DNA from: Camelus dromedarius
Lineage: Eukaryota
Reading direction: 5' to 3'
NCBI RefSeq assembly: GCF_036321535.1
Contig: NC_087437.1
Location: forward strand, 107,076,001-107,140,000
DNA length: 64,000 nucleotides
The position numbers and the translations under genes were made by a program. Below are positions 1 to 11,930 of this stretch, in pieces (position 1 is the first letter of the stretch; every line of letters starts with the position of its first letter). The notes under the pieces were generated by a model. The model saw only the letters and a program-made list of their open reading frames with translations, was not told the origin of the DNA and ran no database searches.

Positions 1-3000
1 AAGCCCCTTGGAGAACCATGGGACCATGGGGTGTGCTGTTTGCTTGCTCCCCAAGCCTCAGTGGGTCTATTCAGATTTCTTTCCCAGGAATTTTATCCCT
101 GTCTACACAGAGATTTTTGTTTTTCTCCAACTTCTAGAATATTCGATTTGTAATCCTGAAAGACCACATGTTTTAAAACTGTGTTTGAAACTTTTCCTCA
201 GTCTTTGAGATTTCTGTTTTTTAATTTGCAAAATGAGCGTGTTAAATTAGACCACACCAGTTTACCATCAGAGTCCAGACCCAGAGCTTATTAGATGTTG
301 GAATGATAACAATGAGTGTACATGTAAAGAAACTACGTGTATGAAAAGAAAAAGAAAAATTAATTCCATTTAGATGATTCATGTATGCAATTACAGCCAC
401 TCAGGCAACTCAGACACTGGCGTAACTGCCAATTTTTTATGACTCTATGAATATTTTCTTAGGAAAACTTAGTTGCAGAATTCTACTTTATATGCTAAAC
501 AATAAATATTAACGTTTGGAATTTTATACATAGGAAGCTTAAAAGTGGATGGAGTTCAATTTCTCTAAGTTCCTTTTAAAGGAAAATAGAATTAAATTTA
601 AGAACTTAGGCTCCACCCATTTCACAACTAAATTTCTTTTAATTTCCTTACACATTATGAAATCTTGAATTAAAATTTGAAAATGCTTTTCATCACTAGT
701 TCCATCTGAAATCACCACAGATTTTCCTATAATTTCAAATATAATTCCACCTGATTTTCCCTTTATAAGCATAATTCATTTTATGCCAATTTTATAGATA
801 TCAGATTTGGAATCAAATCATTATAATCAAGGTTTGAGTAGCAATTTACCTCTCTGAACACACTGACCAGACAACTGCTACAATGCACATAAGCATTCTC
901 AATATAATAGGATACTTTAATAAAATGAATGCAAGGGCTATGAAAAAAAGAATTCTACTGTTCGAAGAAACATTTAAACGTCAAATTGCTTCAGAAATCA
1001 CCTGTTCAACATTTTGACACAATGACCACAGGGCTTCGCCTCTAACACTTCCAGAATCTCCCTACTTCACAAAATACTTCTAGTTGGTAAAGCTTTTCCC
1101 TGGACTGAGTACTACATTTTTCTCTTTGGACCACGTTTTGCTCTCTGGACCAACCCAGAATAATCTTAGTAATTTTTATCCAAGATAATTATTCATCTAT
1201 ATAATGATAGCTTTTCTATTCTCTATAAAATTCTCCTTTACAGAATGTCTATAGAAGTCCTAATAAATAAAAATTAAGAAGACTAAAGACTTATGATTTC
1301 TTTATACCCAGTTGTATCTAAATTGTGTTTTACATGTTGAGAAGAAAAAATAAAATTCAGGTCAGGACTAAGAAAACATTCATAGAAAACAAAACACATA
1401 TTTGTTTTTAAGGGTAAATTTCCTAATTAAATGTCCTAAGTCCAATATCTTGTAACACTTAAGTCATAAGTCCAATATTTTATAATTTAGAAGTTTGCAT
1501 TATAATATTAATAAAACCTAGACAGTCTTTAATATTTCCTACTTTAAAAACATCCAGCAATAGGCAAACATCTACCATATTATTTTTATCTTTATCGATT
1601 TAACATGAGACACGGATGGCTAATCCATTGTTTTGCAAAAATGATTTCTTTTTGAGATGTGAGTGCTTGTTTAGTTTAGTCTAAAAATAACAAAGATAAT
1701 CTTAAAAATATAATAGACTATTCTATTGGCTTTGCTACAACAAATGGAACAATAAATTACTTAGGATGTACTTGTTATTTCAGAGCAAAACATAAAGTTA
1801 GTGAGATGTGTTCTTAAGAGATAAGTGTGGCTCTTATGACGTTAATGAATTTAGAGTTCAGTCTCTCTGCATGGCAGACTCTCGTATCTTAGTTTGCTTT
1901 GATTTTTGTCATTACTTTCTTATTAATTATTCTCTTTGACAGGTAATTTTACAAAAAGGTATCCCTTGACAGGCAATATTCTAGGAGTGTAATATTTGTG
2001 CCTTTTATTTTTAAAGGGTGGGCCGCTTGGATCACTTCCTTGGGCTGAAGTAATATCATGAGAAAAATAGACTTTCCTCCCTGGCCTTCAAATTTTCTGG
2101 TCTCCTATTAACACTGATTTCAGCCACTAGTGTATTATTTATTTACATTGCTAGCAAACTTGATAGTACACAGGCTGGATTTATCTACAGTTTTGAACTA
2201 TCATCCCCAAGTCTTCTTTCATTTTTCCCCCCCAATGAAAATCCATTTCTATCCTGCACAAACTCATTTTTGTATCTTTTCTGCTGTTTTTCACATGTCC
2301 CCTAACGTGGACTGCTAACGCTTGTCGTCGGAGCAGTTATGTTTGTTTATATTTTGTTTCACATTTGTATTTGGTCCATGATTTACATAATTGTTCCTAA
2401 CCTGAATTGCCTCCGCGTTAGCAGTCAAGTTGGCGAAGGATATTATCAACAAATTACTCTGCTACAAGTAGATGTACTCAGTTTGGGCCAAATGTTGGCC
2501 GTCAGTTACTGCTGCACAGAACTTCGGGGTCAGCCCCTGCCCTCGTGCTCTTACGCACAATTGCCGTGGAAATCAGCATTGATGCAACTGGAACTGAGCA
2601 TGAGCGTCTCGGGAGGGTTTGGCATGGAAATCACTGACAACAGAACTTGGCTCTGGGTTTGTTTAATCAGAGTCCCTCACGTTGGACTACAGGAAAGAGG
2701 GAGAAAGAAAATAAAGAAAGGAAACGTCTGCCTATTTTGGGGTTGTCTGGCTGGACAGAAAAAAAAAAAAAAGACCTGAAACCCTATGTTCAAAATAAAC
2801 ACGTGTACTAATGGAGATGATGTGATATTAAAACACAGAAAGTCTATATGACAAATTTAATTCCTTACGAGAAAAAAAAAGCTGCCCCAAAATATGCAGA
2901 GTAGCAAATCAATGATTTTATTCATTTCTTACGTATTTCTAGAATATTCTTAAATCTATCCAAGGTCCCCCTTAAGTTCCCTTCCCAACCCCAGTGCCGG

Positions 3001-5552
3001 TAGATGACTCTGATTTCATCCAATGGAAAGTCTCTCCTGAGCTTTTCTCTTGCACTCAAACTGTCCTTGGCTTTGTTTTCCTTATGTTGCAGATGTAAAG
3101 GCGTCTTTCTCGTTAAGCAGGGCCCAGCGCTCATTGGCTATCTGATTGAGGTCTTTCCCTGGGAAATCTTCTAGGCTATAACTGTCTCTGTCATTGTCCC
3201 TTTCCTTCATTTTCCTTCTTCCTTGCCTTGGGAGCTTTACTTAGGATTCTGACACTAGAAACAGAGATTCAAGAAGGCTAGCTCAAGAAAAGCAAGGCAG
3301 CCCACAATACTACGAGAGCAGAGGAAGTGGACGACATTACGAGGCCACACCATTGACCTGCGAAGCCGGGCTCTTGAATGTTCATGGCAGTCTCACCATC
3401 AGCTTGATGTGCCCACTCAATTTTTTTTCCTTCAGCTTTTTCTACCGTGAGCATATTTTCTTCCCAAAGCTTCTGCTTACTTGTTTTTAAGGCTTGTTTG
3501 CAGTCTTTTCTTTACAACCATGACTCATCTCTATGGATTTGTTCATTCTCTAATCCCGCGACTAACTACTGGATTCTCTGTGGGTTCTTAATTCAGATAC
3601 GGGAGCATTGGAATCTCTCTGATGTCATTCATACCTAATTGGACAGAGGATTTTGTCAAAGATTATGTCACTGGCTATGGTTACCCTGTTAAATGTTTGT
3701 CTCTGAAGCCCAGTATCAGACCAGTCACTAATTGGCTAGGTGAACAGGATTACATAATAAATATTGGTACCTAAGGCCATGAAGAGGATCAAACAGCTTC
3801 ATTTATTCACATTTGTGTGTATTTTCAGGCTGGTTTCTGAGTGTATGTGTGTTGCTTTCTCCTCTGCCATCAAATTTTCTCATTCCCAACCAGTGCCTCC
3901 TTCACCTTGAGGTCAAAATATAAGGGGCAACAAAAAATATTCAGTAATCTAGGTAAATCGTATTTTCATGCAATAACTTTAGAAATCAAAATCAGTGCAA
4001 AAATCCATGGTGAACAAAATATCAGAATGTTTTCCTGATTTGTCCTTTGGTCTCAGGCTCCAACATGGCTTGGCGTGGCACTCAATCGGAACTACTCCAA
4101 CTGAAAGAAAATAATATTTTACTCTCTTTAGGTAGTTTTTTCTTTCTGGTATTTCTGTCAAGCTGAGTCTGTTCCTTGACGTCTATTTCTCTTGAATTTG
4201 TTTTGGAATAGCAATATTTGGAAATTTAATTCTACATAGTGACCAATGACTTCCTCATTCAGAGCAGGCTTGGTGATTATGCACAGGTGAGAAAGCTCTC
4301 ACTAGATAAACTGGTAGACCTCGCCAGACATTGGGAGTGCTGATGAATGATTCAGACCACAGGAAAAGCATAAAAATTTTGGAACAATCATGTGAAAAAG
4401 GTGTTGGGTCATCAGAATAAGGTTCAGGGCTACTAAGAAAACTGTTTGTTGTTCTCTTGTAACTGTCCCTCCCTGACACTGATCACCCTTGAACTCTCTG
4501 CAGCATTACTCGGTGATTTAGGCTGGGCCCTCCTCTAGCTGAAATCTCTCCTGGGACACCAAGCTCTCAAGGTTCCCTCCTACCTCTCAGCTACTGACCT
4601 TTATCCCTTTTATTGCCACTGAATCTTTCTCCCACTCCCTCAAGGGAGGTATGAGGCAAGGATTGATCCTCAGAATTCTTGGCTGTCTTTTTCACCATCA
4701 CAACAATCCTATTCACCCTCACAGTTTAGTTCTTTTCCCTCCAAAGACCTCTCTGGAGAAGAGGGTCTTGCCAGAAAATACATATCCAACCCTGGATTCC
4801 TCTAACAACTCTTACATCGGTTCCTTGACCTCTATTCCTCCAACACACCCTCATACGCATCCATATCCCTGCACACTTTCACTCTGTATTTAGGATGGAA
4901 AAATGGAGGTTTAGCTCCAAAACCACACTTTCTTTTTTGTTTTGATGAAAGATACCGAGTTCATTATTATAACATTTTATTTGAATTTTTTTTAACAAGG
5001 GAATAGTATCTTCAATGGATTATTTGCTAAAGGTCTTGAAATATTCTGAACAAATGGACCGTAATAGGAACCTCCACTTTCTAACAAGCCACACTGTCTG
5101 GTGGAGGAGTATAAAGTCCTGGTACCTTGAGGAAACCTGTGGTCACTTGGGGGATTTACTTTGCAAACCTCGCTCTCTGGCTTGCTTTCTAACTGTGGGT
5201 TTGTTTTTTTTTTTTTAATGGAGAATTTCAAACTAAGCAATGTGTAAAAAATAATGTAACTTTAATGAGTATGGACTCATGATTAATCCTGTTTTCATTT
5301 CTACTCCTTACTTGGCTTCCTCCTCAAACCAGTCTCTGGATCTGTTTGTAGCTCTCTCTTGTTTTCTGGGGCCAATTTGCCCTAGTCCCCGTTAGTGTGA
5401 TGCAATTATTACTCACTTCATTAGCTCCTTGGCTTCACACTTCTAATTTCAGTCACTATTTCTTCCATGTGTCCTGGTGTCATGTGATCAGCTCTCTACT
5501 AGCAGACACCAACCTGGGGCCCAATCCTCGAGTCAGTTAGCTTTTCTTCATT

Positions 5553-5790
5553 ACAAAGGGATAAATTTGGGAGTTTGAGATTTGCAAATGTTAACCATTA
5601 TGTATAAAAATAGATACAACACAAATTTCTTCTGTATAGCACAGGGAATTATATTCAATATCTTGTAATATCCTTTAATGAAAAAGAATATGAAAATGCA
5701 TATATGTATGCATATGCATGACTGGGACATTGTGCTGTACACCAGAAATTGACACATTGTAACTGACTATACTTCAATTAAAAAAAAAAT
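5553..5790 (+). mobile_element. L1 3' end with poly(A) tail (artiodactyl/camelid type)
   Basis: gggataaatttgggagtttgag...ctgtatagcacaggg...ctgtacaccagaaattgacacattgtaactgactatacttcaatt followed by an A tract. Confidence 0.8.
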
Positions 5791-6714
5791 CCCAGAATTT
5801 AGTAGACTTAAACCACAGCCATTTTATTTAGCCCTTGATCTTGTTCTTTCTCAAATCTTCTAGGATACATATCTCTCAGTCATTCATTGCATAAAGTCAA
5901 GAAGCAATTTTACTTTCCAGACAAGGGCTGGTGAGACCAAGGACATCAGAATTATATTCCTTTCTGTTAGAAATTTTGCCTGAGCATAAAAAGAATTACT
6001 CGATCATCTGGGATGGTTTTTGTCCAACACTAATTTTTAAGACTACAGAAAAATGAAGGCTGTAACAAAGACTCTCAAATTATCTCATTTTGAAATCGAT
6101 TCCTTGAGTTGCAAAGCAATGGAATTTTAATCGTTCTATTTCCAAGTCTTTTACACTGACATGTCCATTCCCTTTTCCACCTCTTCTATTCCAGGTTCAT
6201 CACCTGCTACTTCCCTTGCTTCACTTAGGAACTCTGGTGAGCGTCCTGTTGACATCAGCTTACATATATTCCAGTATATAATGAGGAAGATGGTTTCTTA
6301 CATGAATCAAAGATTAAATGGACAGAGAAAAGAAAATGTACACCATTGGGCATGACAGTGCAGAGCTTAGAGTGCTATGTAGGAAGGACATGCAAGATAA
6401 AGATATGTTCTTTCTCAGCAATGTTCTGTTGCTGGTGTGGCTAAGGTGGAACTGTGCTTACTTTCAGTGCAAGAGGACTCTTGTCTTAAGAGAACCCTTT
6501 AGGGCGTTAGCAGGATCTGGGATAGAGACTACAAGATCTGGTTATCCATGTCTGGATACCACCTAGCCTTTAAACAAGGATAGCCTTATAATTAGGCATT
6601 TTCCTCACTAGCCTGTTCACGAGGTCGAGAAGCAAAAATGTGAGGGAGTGAATCATACATTCTAGCCAGAAAGAGTATGTATGTGCTAATCTTGTTTCCT
6701 GACTCATTTACTTT

Positions 6715-8015
6715 TTCAACATTCAATAAATATTTTTGAGGTCCATGGACCAGGCAATAGGGATAGGGAGGGATTTAGAGGATGGTAGTGAATAAAAGAG
6801 TAAAAAAATACATTCCTTTATGGAGCTCCCATTTTAAAATAGCTCAGCCATATGATACATTAATGGCAATGAGTGCTGAAGAGAACACTTCTTAGGGGGA
6901 TGTGGAGGAGGAGTTTGTAAAGTTAGTCAAGATGACTGAGAAGATGGCACATGAGCAAAGAACCAAAGAAGGTGAAGGAGTTAGCCATGCAGATATCTTG
7001 GGGAGACAGAAGGAAAAGCAGGGATGAAGGACCTGAGGAAGTCCAGCGTGCTTGGCAGGTTTAAGGGTCAGCAACTAAGGCTGTGGCTGAGTGAATAAGG
7101 AGAAAAATATGGGAGATGAAATGAGAGGAGGAATGAGCAAGGTGGTCAAATCAGATCAAGCCTTGTTAGACACTGGCTTTTACTCTGAATGAATTCGAAA
7201 GGATTTTGAGCAAGGAAGTGACAGGGTTCTACTTATATTTTAACAGGATCATTCTGATTTCAAAACAGCATAGACGGGGGTGGAGGAGTACAGAGTAGGG
7301 CAGGGAGACCCATTGGGAAGCTATTGCAATATCCCTGGTGAGAGATGATGGTGGCTTAGACCAGAATGGTGTCAGTAAAAGTTGTAATTGTGGTGAGGAC
7401 TAGAAACTCTTCAAGGGCAGAGAACTTGGGGTTGACTGATGATCAGATGTAGAGTGTGAGGAAAAGAGAGGACCTGGGAAATGAAGGGCTTGGAAAATCT
7501 CTGGAGACAAAGAAGACTGCAAAGGAAGTGGTCTTTCAATTTTTTATTGTTCTTATTTCTTTGTTACTGTTTTTACTTATGTAAATTTTTTACATTGTTT
7601 AATTATTTGCTGATAGAGGAAAGGAGATAAGGGTTTGGGATGTCTTCTGAAATGCTTTTAGATATCCAACAGGAAATGTCTAGTTGATAATTGAATATAG
7701 GAGTCTGGAGTTCAGAGGAAAGCTCCAAGCTGCAGATAGAATTTTGAGAGTTCTCAATGCAGTGGTGGTATTTAAAGTCAGGAGATGGAATGAAACCAGG
7801 AAGAGAGATAGTGAAGATACAAATAGGAAAGATAAAACTTTTAAAGATGAGGGAAAGGAGGCAGAGAAGGACAGCCATTAGGTAAGAGGAAAATCAGGGG
7901 TGTGGTTTCCCGGAAGCCAAGTGAAGACATCTTTTCAAGGTCAGGGTAAGTGATCAAATCTGTCAAATTCTTCCTGATGGGCAAGAAAACCAAGGACTGG
8001 AAAGTGACTGTTAGC
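6715..8015 (-). mobile_element. L2 LINE fragment(s)
   Basis: cattcaataaatattt 3' end, then typical L2 text (agttagccatgcagatatcttggggag, ggattttgagcaaggaagtgaca, gagagatgatggtggcttagaccag). Confidence 0.8.
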
Positions 8016-8455
8016 TTGTCTCTTGGGTCACATGTCTAGAATTGTTTAAGTAAATGTCAGGAAAAAGGGACTGGGGTTGGAGAGATGAGGATCATTTGGG
8101 AGTGCATCTGTCAGTCCTTCTCTGGAGTACACTCACCTAATAAGGCTATGTGAGGCTACAGGGGCACTGACTTTCTCTCTCACTGTTCCATGAGGGACCA
8201 TCCCAAAGTTTAGTTCAAGAAGATGGTTTGCTTCTCAAAAGAACTGTCCTTTGGGGAGACATGTTTCTCCACTAATGTCTCATGATTGGGAGGAGCAGGA
8301 ACTCTTCCAAAACTTCTATCCAACATCTCAACCATGCAATGGGTCTCAGGACCTTGGGGAGATGAAAACCTTCTTGTAAGGAAAAAAAAAATTATTTTAA
8401 AAGCTGTCATTGAATTATTTTTAAGCATTTACAAGTGTTTAGAAATGACTTGATC

Positions 8456-8655
8456 ATATACACATTGCTATATATAAAGTAGATTAACCACAAAGACCTC
8501 CTGTATAGCATAGGAAGCCAAGTTTTATTTCTTATAACATATGATGGAAAAGAATCTGAAAAGAAAAAAAAAAAATATATATATATAACTGAATTGCTTT
8601 ACTCTACACCTGATACCAACATTGTAAATCAACTACACTTCAATAAAAAATAGAA
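8456..8655 (+). mobile_element. L1 3' end fragment
   Basis: caaagacctcctgtatagcatagg...acattgtaaatcaactacacttcaataaaaaa. Confidence 0.75.
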
Positions 8656-8844
8656 TTTAAAGAATGAAATAAAAAATAGAAAGTGTTTAGAAAGGAATCA
8701 TAGATTGAGAGTCACCTCTTTATGAAGTAATAGCCACAAAGATGAGGGAGATGGTGTAATGACCCAGAAGCTGGCACAGGAAACATGGCTGGGCAGGAAT
8801 ATACAGAGGCCACTGGTTTTTTGTTTGTTAGTTGGTTTTTTTGA

Positions 8845-9250
8845 AAATTACTTGATATATAACATTGTGTAAGTTCAAGGTACACCCACGTGGATTGTAT
8901 GCATTTGTTACAGTAATATGGTTGCCATGATAGCCCGAGCTACCACCTCTAGCATGTCATCTAACGGTCACTTCCTTTTTTGTGGTGGGAATAATTCAGC
9001 TCTAGTCTCTTAGCACATTTGAAGTTTATAACACAGTGTTGTTGTCTATAATTTTACTGGGTATTAGATATCCAGGACTCATTTATCCTCTAGTTACAAG
9101 TCTGTTCCCTGTAACAACATCTGTCCTCTTCTCAACCCATCCCCAGTCCCTGGTAACCATCATTCTACTCTGTTTTTACAAGTTCACCTTTCTTAGATTC
9201 CTCATGTGAGTGATATCATCCAGTATTTGTCTTTGTGTTTGGCTTGCCGC
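8845..9250 (-). mobile_element. Older L1 (L1M-type) 3' region
   Basis: tgatatataacattgtgtaagttcaaggtac...ccctggtaaccatcattctactct...ttagattcctcatgtgagtgatatcat. Confidence 0.75.
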
Positions 9251-11088
9251 GCTCGGCACAACGTCCTGGCGTGCGTGCTAGTGTGCAGTGTTGGAGGAGG
9301 GTGGTGGAGAGGGTTATGGAAAAATAGTGGGAAGCCTGCCAAAAGAATTCTTTCTCTAGAGATAGCTAGAAAGAGCACATAAATAAACAGTGACTCATTC
9401 TTTTGATGCTATAAACCTTGTCCAGCAAGACTTATTTACGTAGGAGAGAGGCTTATGGCGACCCAGTTGTTCCTGAGAATGTAGGAAAACTGTTGGATTA
9501 AGCCCTAATTTGACTCATATTACCGGTTCCTACTATTGTTTGTTTTCCTTTCTTTGGGAAACTTTAAAAAGAAAACAGTGTTCACGTAGGAAAGACGGAA
9601 ACTAACATGAGGTGATGAGCAATATCCAGAAATTAGTCTCTAACTTTTCTAGGAATTGCTTATCAAACTGATTCCTCAATCTTTGAAACACATGGTGTCC
9701 CTAATTGAAGAATTCTGAACAAAGACATATGTTTCTCATTCACTCAAATAAATCATTTGCAAGCTATACTCTGAAGGACATTTGTGTTTTTAATAAAATA
9801 ATCTGCAACATATTCCAGCCATCTCTTTCTATTTATCTATTGAGTGTACATGTTAAAGATTATAGAATATTTTGACATTTTCCTGTATAAATAAAGACAG
9901 CATAGATTTCCACTTGTTTCAGAGTATCCCCATGAAATTATGTCAGAAAGAGATTCTGGAGTTTGCACAAAGAAGAAATCACATCATGAGTGCAAATGTT
10001 TTCTTCCACTGACATGTATTCAATGCTTTCACGTGATCACATTGAAAAGTGACAGCTTTCCTTCCCCCAAACTAATCAGAAGATGTCCTTTCTTGGACCC
10101 AAGTCCTTCCTTAGAACAGTTCCAAATTTTAAGAAGAAAAAAGTCACAAATGTGCCCTGACAGGTACTCATCCACTCACTGGTCTGGGGCTGGTGGTGGC
10201 CGTACTTTCCTTCCTTTGACCAGGACTGAGAACATGAAATTACACAGCAGTTTGAGAAAGGACTCCAGGCGCTGGAAGCAAAGGTCTTTTCCAGGCAAGA
10301 CGCGTGGTAAATACTGGTGATACCTTCCATTCTGCCTTTACCCTGAGTTGGAATATGAATCTACATACACAGTGCAACTTACTCCAACTACTCCAAACTG
10401 TAAACTCGTGTTTGAAACGCCACCTTAGAGATTCTGTTAAAAATGTAAAAAGCAGGGGGAGGGGTGGTTTTAAACCCTGAAAAGCCTGATGATTTTCCTT
10501 TTCCTTGATAATTTTTTTTTTATTCTTGTAGGCCAGTTGCTACCAAAATGTGCTCTCCCCACTGCCTGGAAGAGGGAGTGGTAGGGATACGCTATCCTAT
10601 TTTAAGAAATAATGACTTGGAAATCCATAAGCCATTTCCTTAAGCATTATAAGCTGACACTTTCTGTGTGCTTAGTACCAACCTTAAAATGACACAGACC
10701 TACCCACAGATGTTTAGACAGCTACACAGTTAGACACACAGTTCATACAAACACAGACACACAGACCCACTCACGCTTGCCCACAGACACACCCTCCACA
10801 GTAAAGTTTTAAAAACTGCAATCCATGCACTTTCCCCGTGTCCATTAGCTCTCCAGCCTGAGCCACCACCGTCTTCCCTGCAGGATTGCCTGTGAAGTAT
10901 GTGATACCCAGAGTCAGACTGGCCGGGTTTGGATGACCGTGGGCAAGTCTCTTCCATTTGCTCCTCTGCTCAGTGTTATTAATATTAGTAACTGCCTGAA
11001 AGGATTAACGAAGATTGATTTAATCCATGTAAAGTACTTAGAAGAGTGCCAGTCCCCAAGAAACATCACCTGCCATTATTGGGGACCT

Positions 11089-11930
11089 TGTTGGTTTCCT
11101 ATTGCCGCTATAACAAATGACCACAAACTTGGCTGCTTAAAACCACACAAATTTGCTATCTTACATTTTTATAGGTCTGAAGTCTGATAGGAATGTCATT
11201 GGGCTAAGGTCAAGGCGTTAGCAGGGCTGCATTTCCTTTGGGAGGCGTTAAGGAGAAACCCATGTGTGGGGAAAATGGAGTTACACAGCCTCCCTTGCTG
11301 GACATCTGGTGCTCAGTGACTCAGCTGTATTATCCCGCATGCGCGGTACCCACGTACTAGTGTATAATGATGGCTTGTACCGTGCAAGCACAAAGGTTAG
11401 CCCATAGGTCATAGCCGGCTAGATGCCGGCTTTGTCAGCCTTGATATCTAAGGCGGACTGGACTTCCCGCTGCTGCCCCCATCGCAGCCTGTGTGCTCCT
11501 CCGCAGTAAAGGCGTGTCAGAGATAACTGTGGCTCCACCAGGGTTCTTTGTTCTGCCCTAGTCCCAGGTGAATCTGCCAGGCCTTGATCACTTGCAATAC
11601 ACCATGTCTTTGCCTTTTTCAGCTCTGGAGACCACCTGCATCCCTTAGCTCAAGGCTCCCTTCTTCATCTTCAAAGCCAGCAACACTGCATCTTTCTGAA
11701 CCTTCTTCCATTGTCACATATTTATCTGACCACAGCTGGTAGAGGTTCTGTGGTTTTTAAGGACTAGTGTGATTATGCTGGGTGCACGTGGTTACTCCAG
11801 GACACGCTCAAGTCCTGTAACCTTGATCACATCTGGAAAACCCCTTTATGCTTGTCAGGTAACATAGTCACATCTTCAGATTTAGGATATGGGCGTCTTT
11901 GGGAGGGAGTGCATTATTCTGCTTACCACA
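11089..11930 (-). mobile_element. MLT1 (ERVL-MaLR) LTR, interrupted by a younger LTR
   Basis: tttcctattgccgctataacaaatgaccacaaacttgg...attattctgcttaccaca; the two halves join at CCATG. Confidence 0.8.
11265..11601 (+). mobile_element. Solo LTR (337 bp) with 5-bp TSD CCATG
   Basis: TG...CA termini, identical CCATG at 11260-11264 and 11602-11606, AGTAAA poly(A)-like signal at 11505-11510, retained CpGs. Confidence 0.8.

Noticed and set aside
2339..2779. 146-aa ORF
   Set aside because: No recognisable homology or exon structure, and it ends in an A tract; likely chance.
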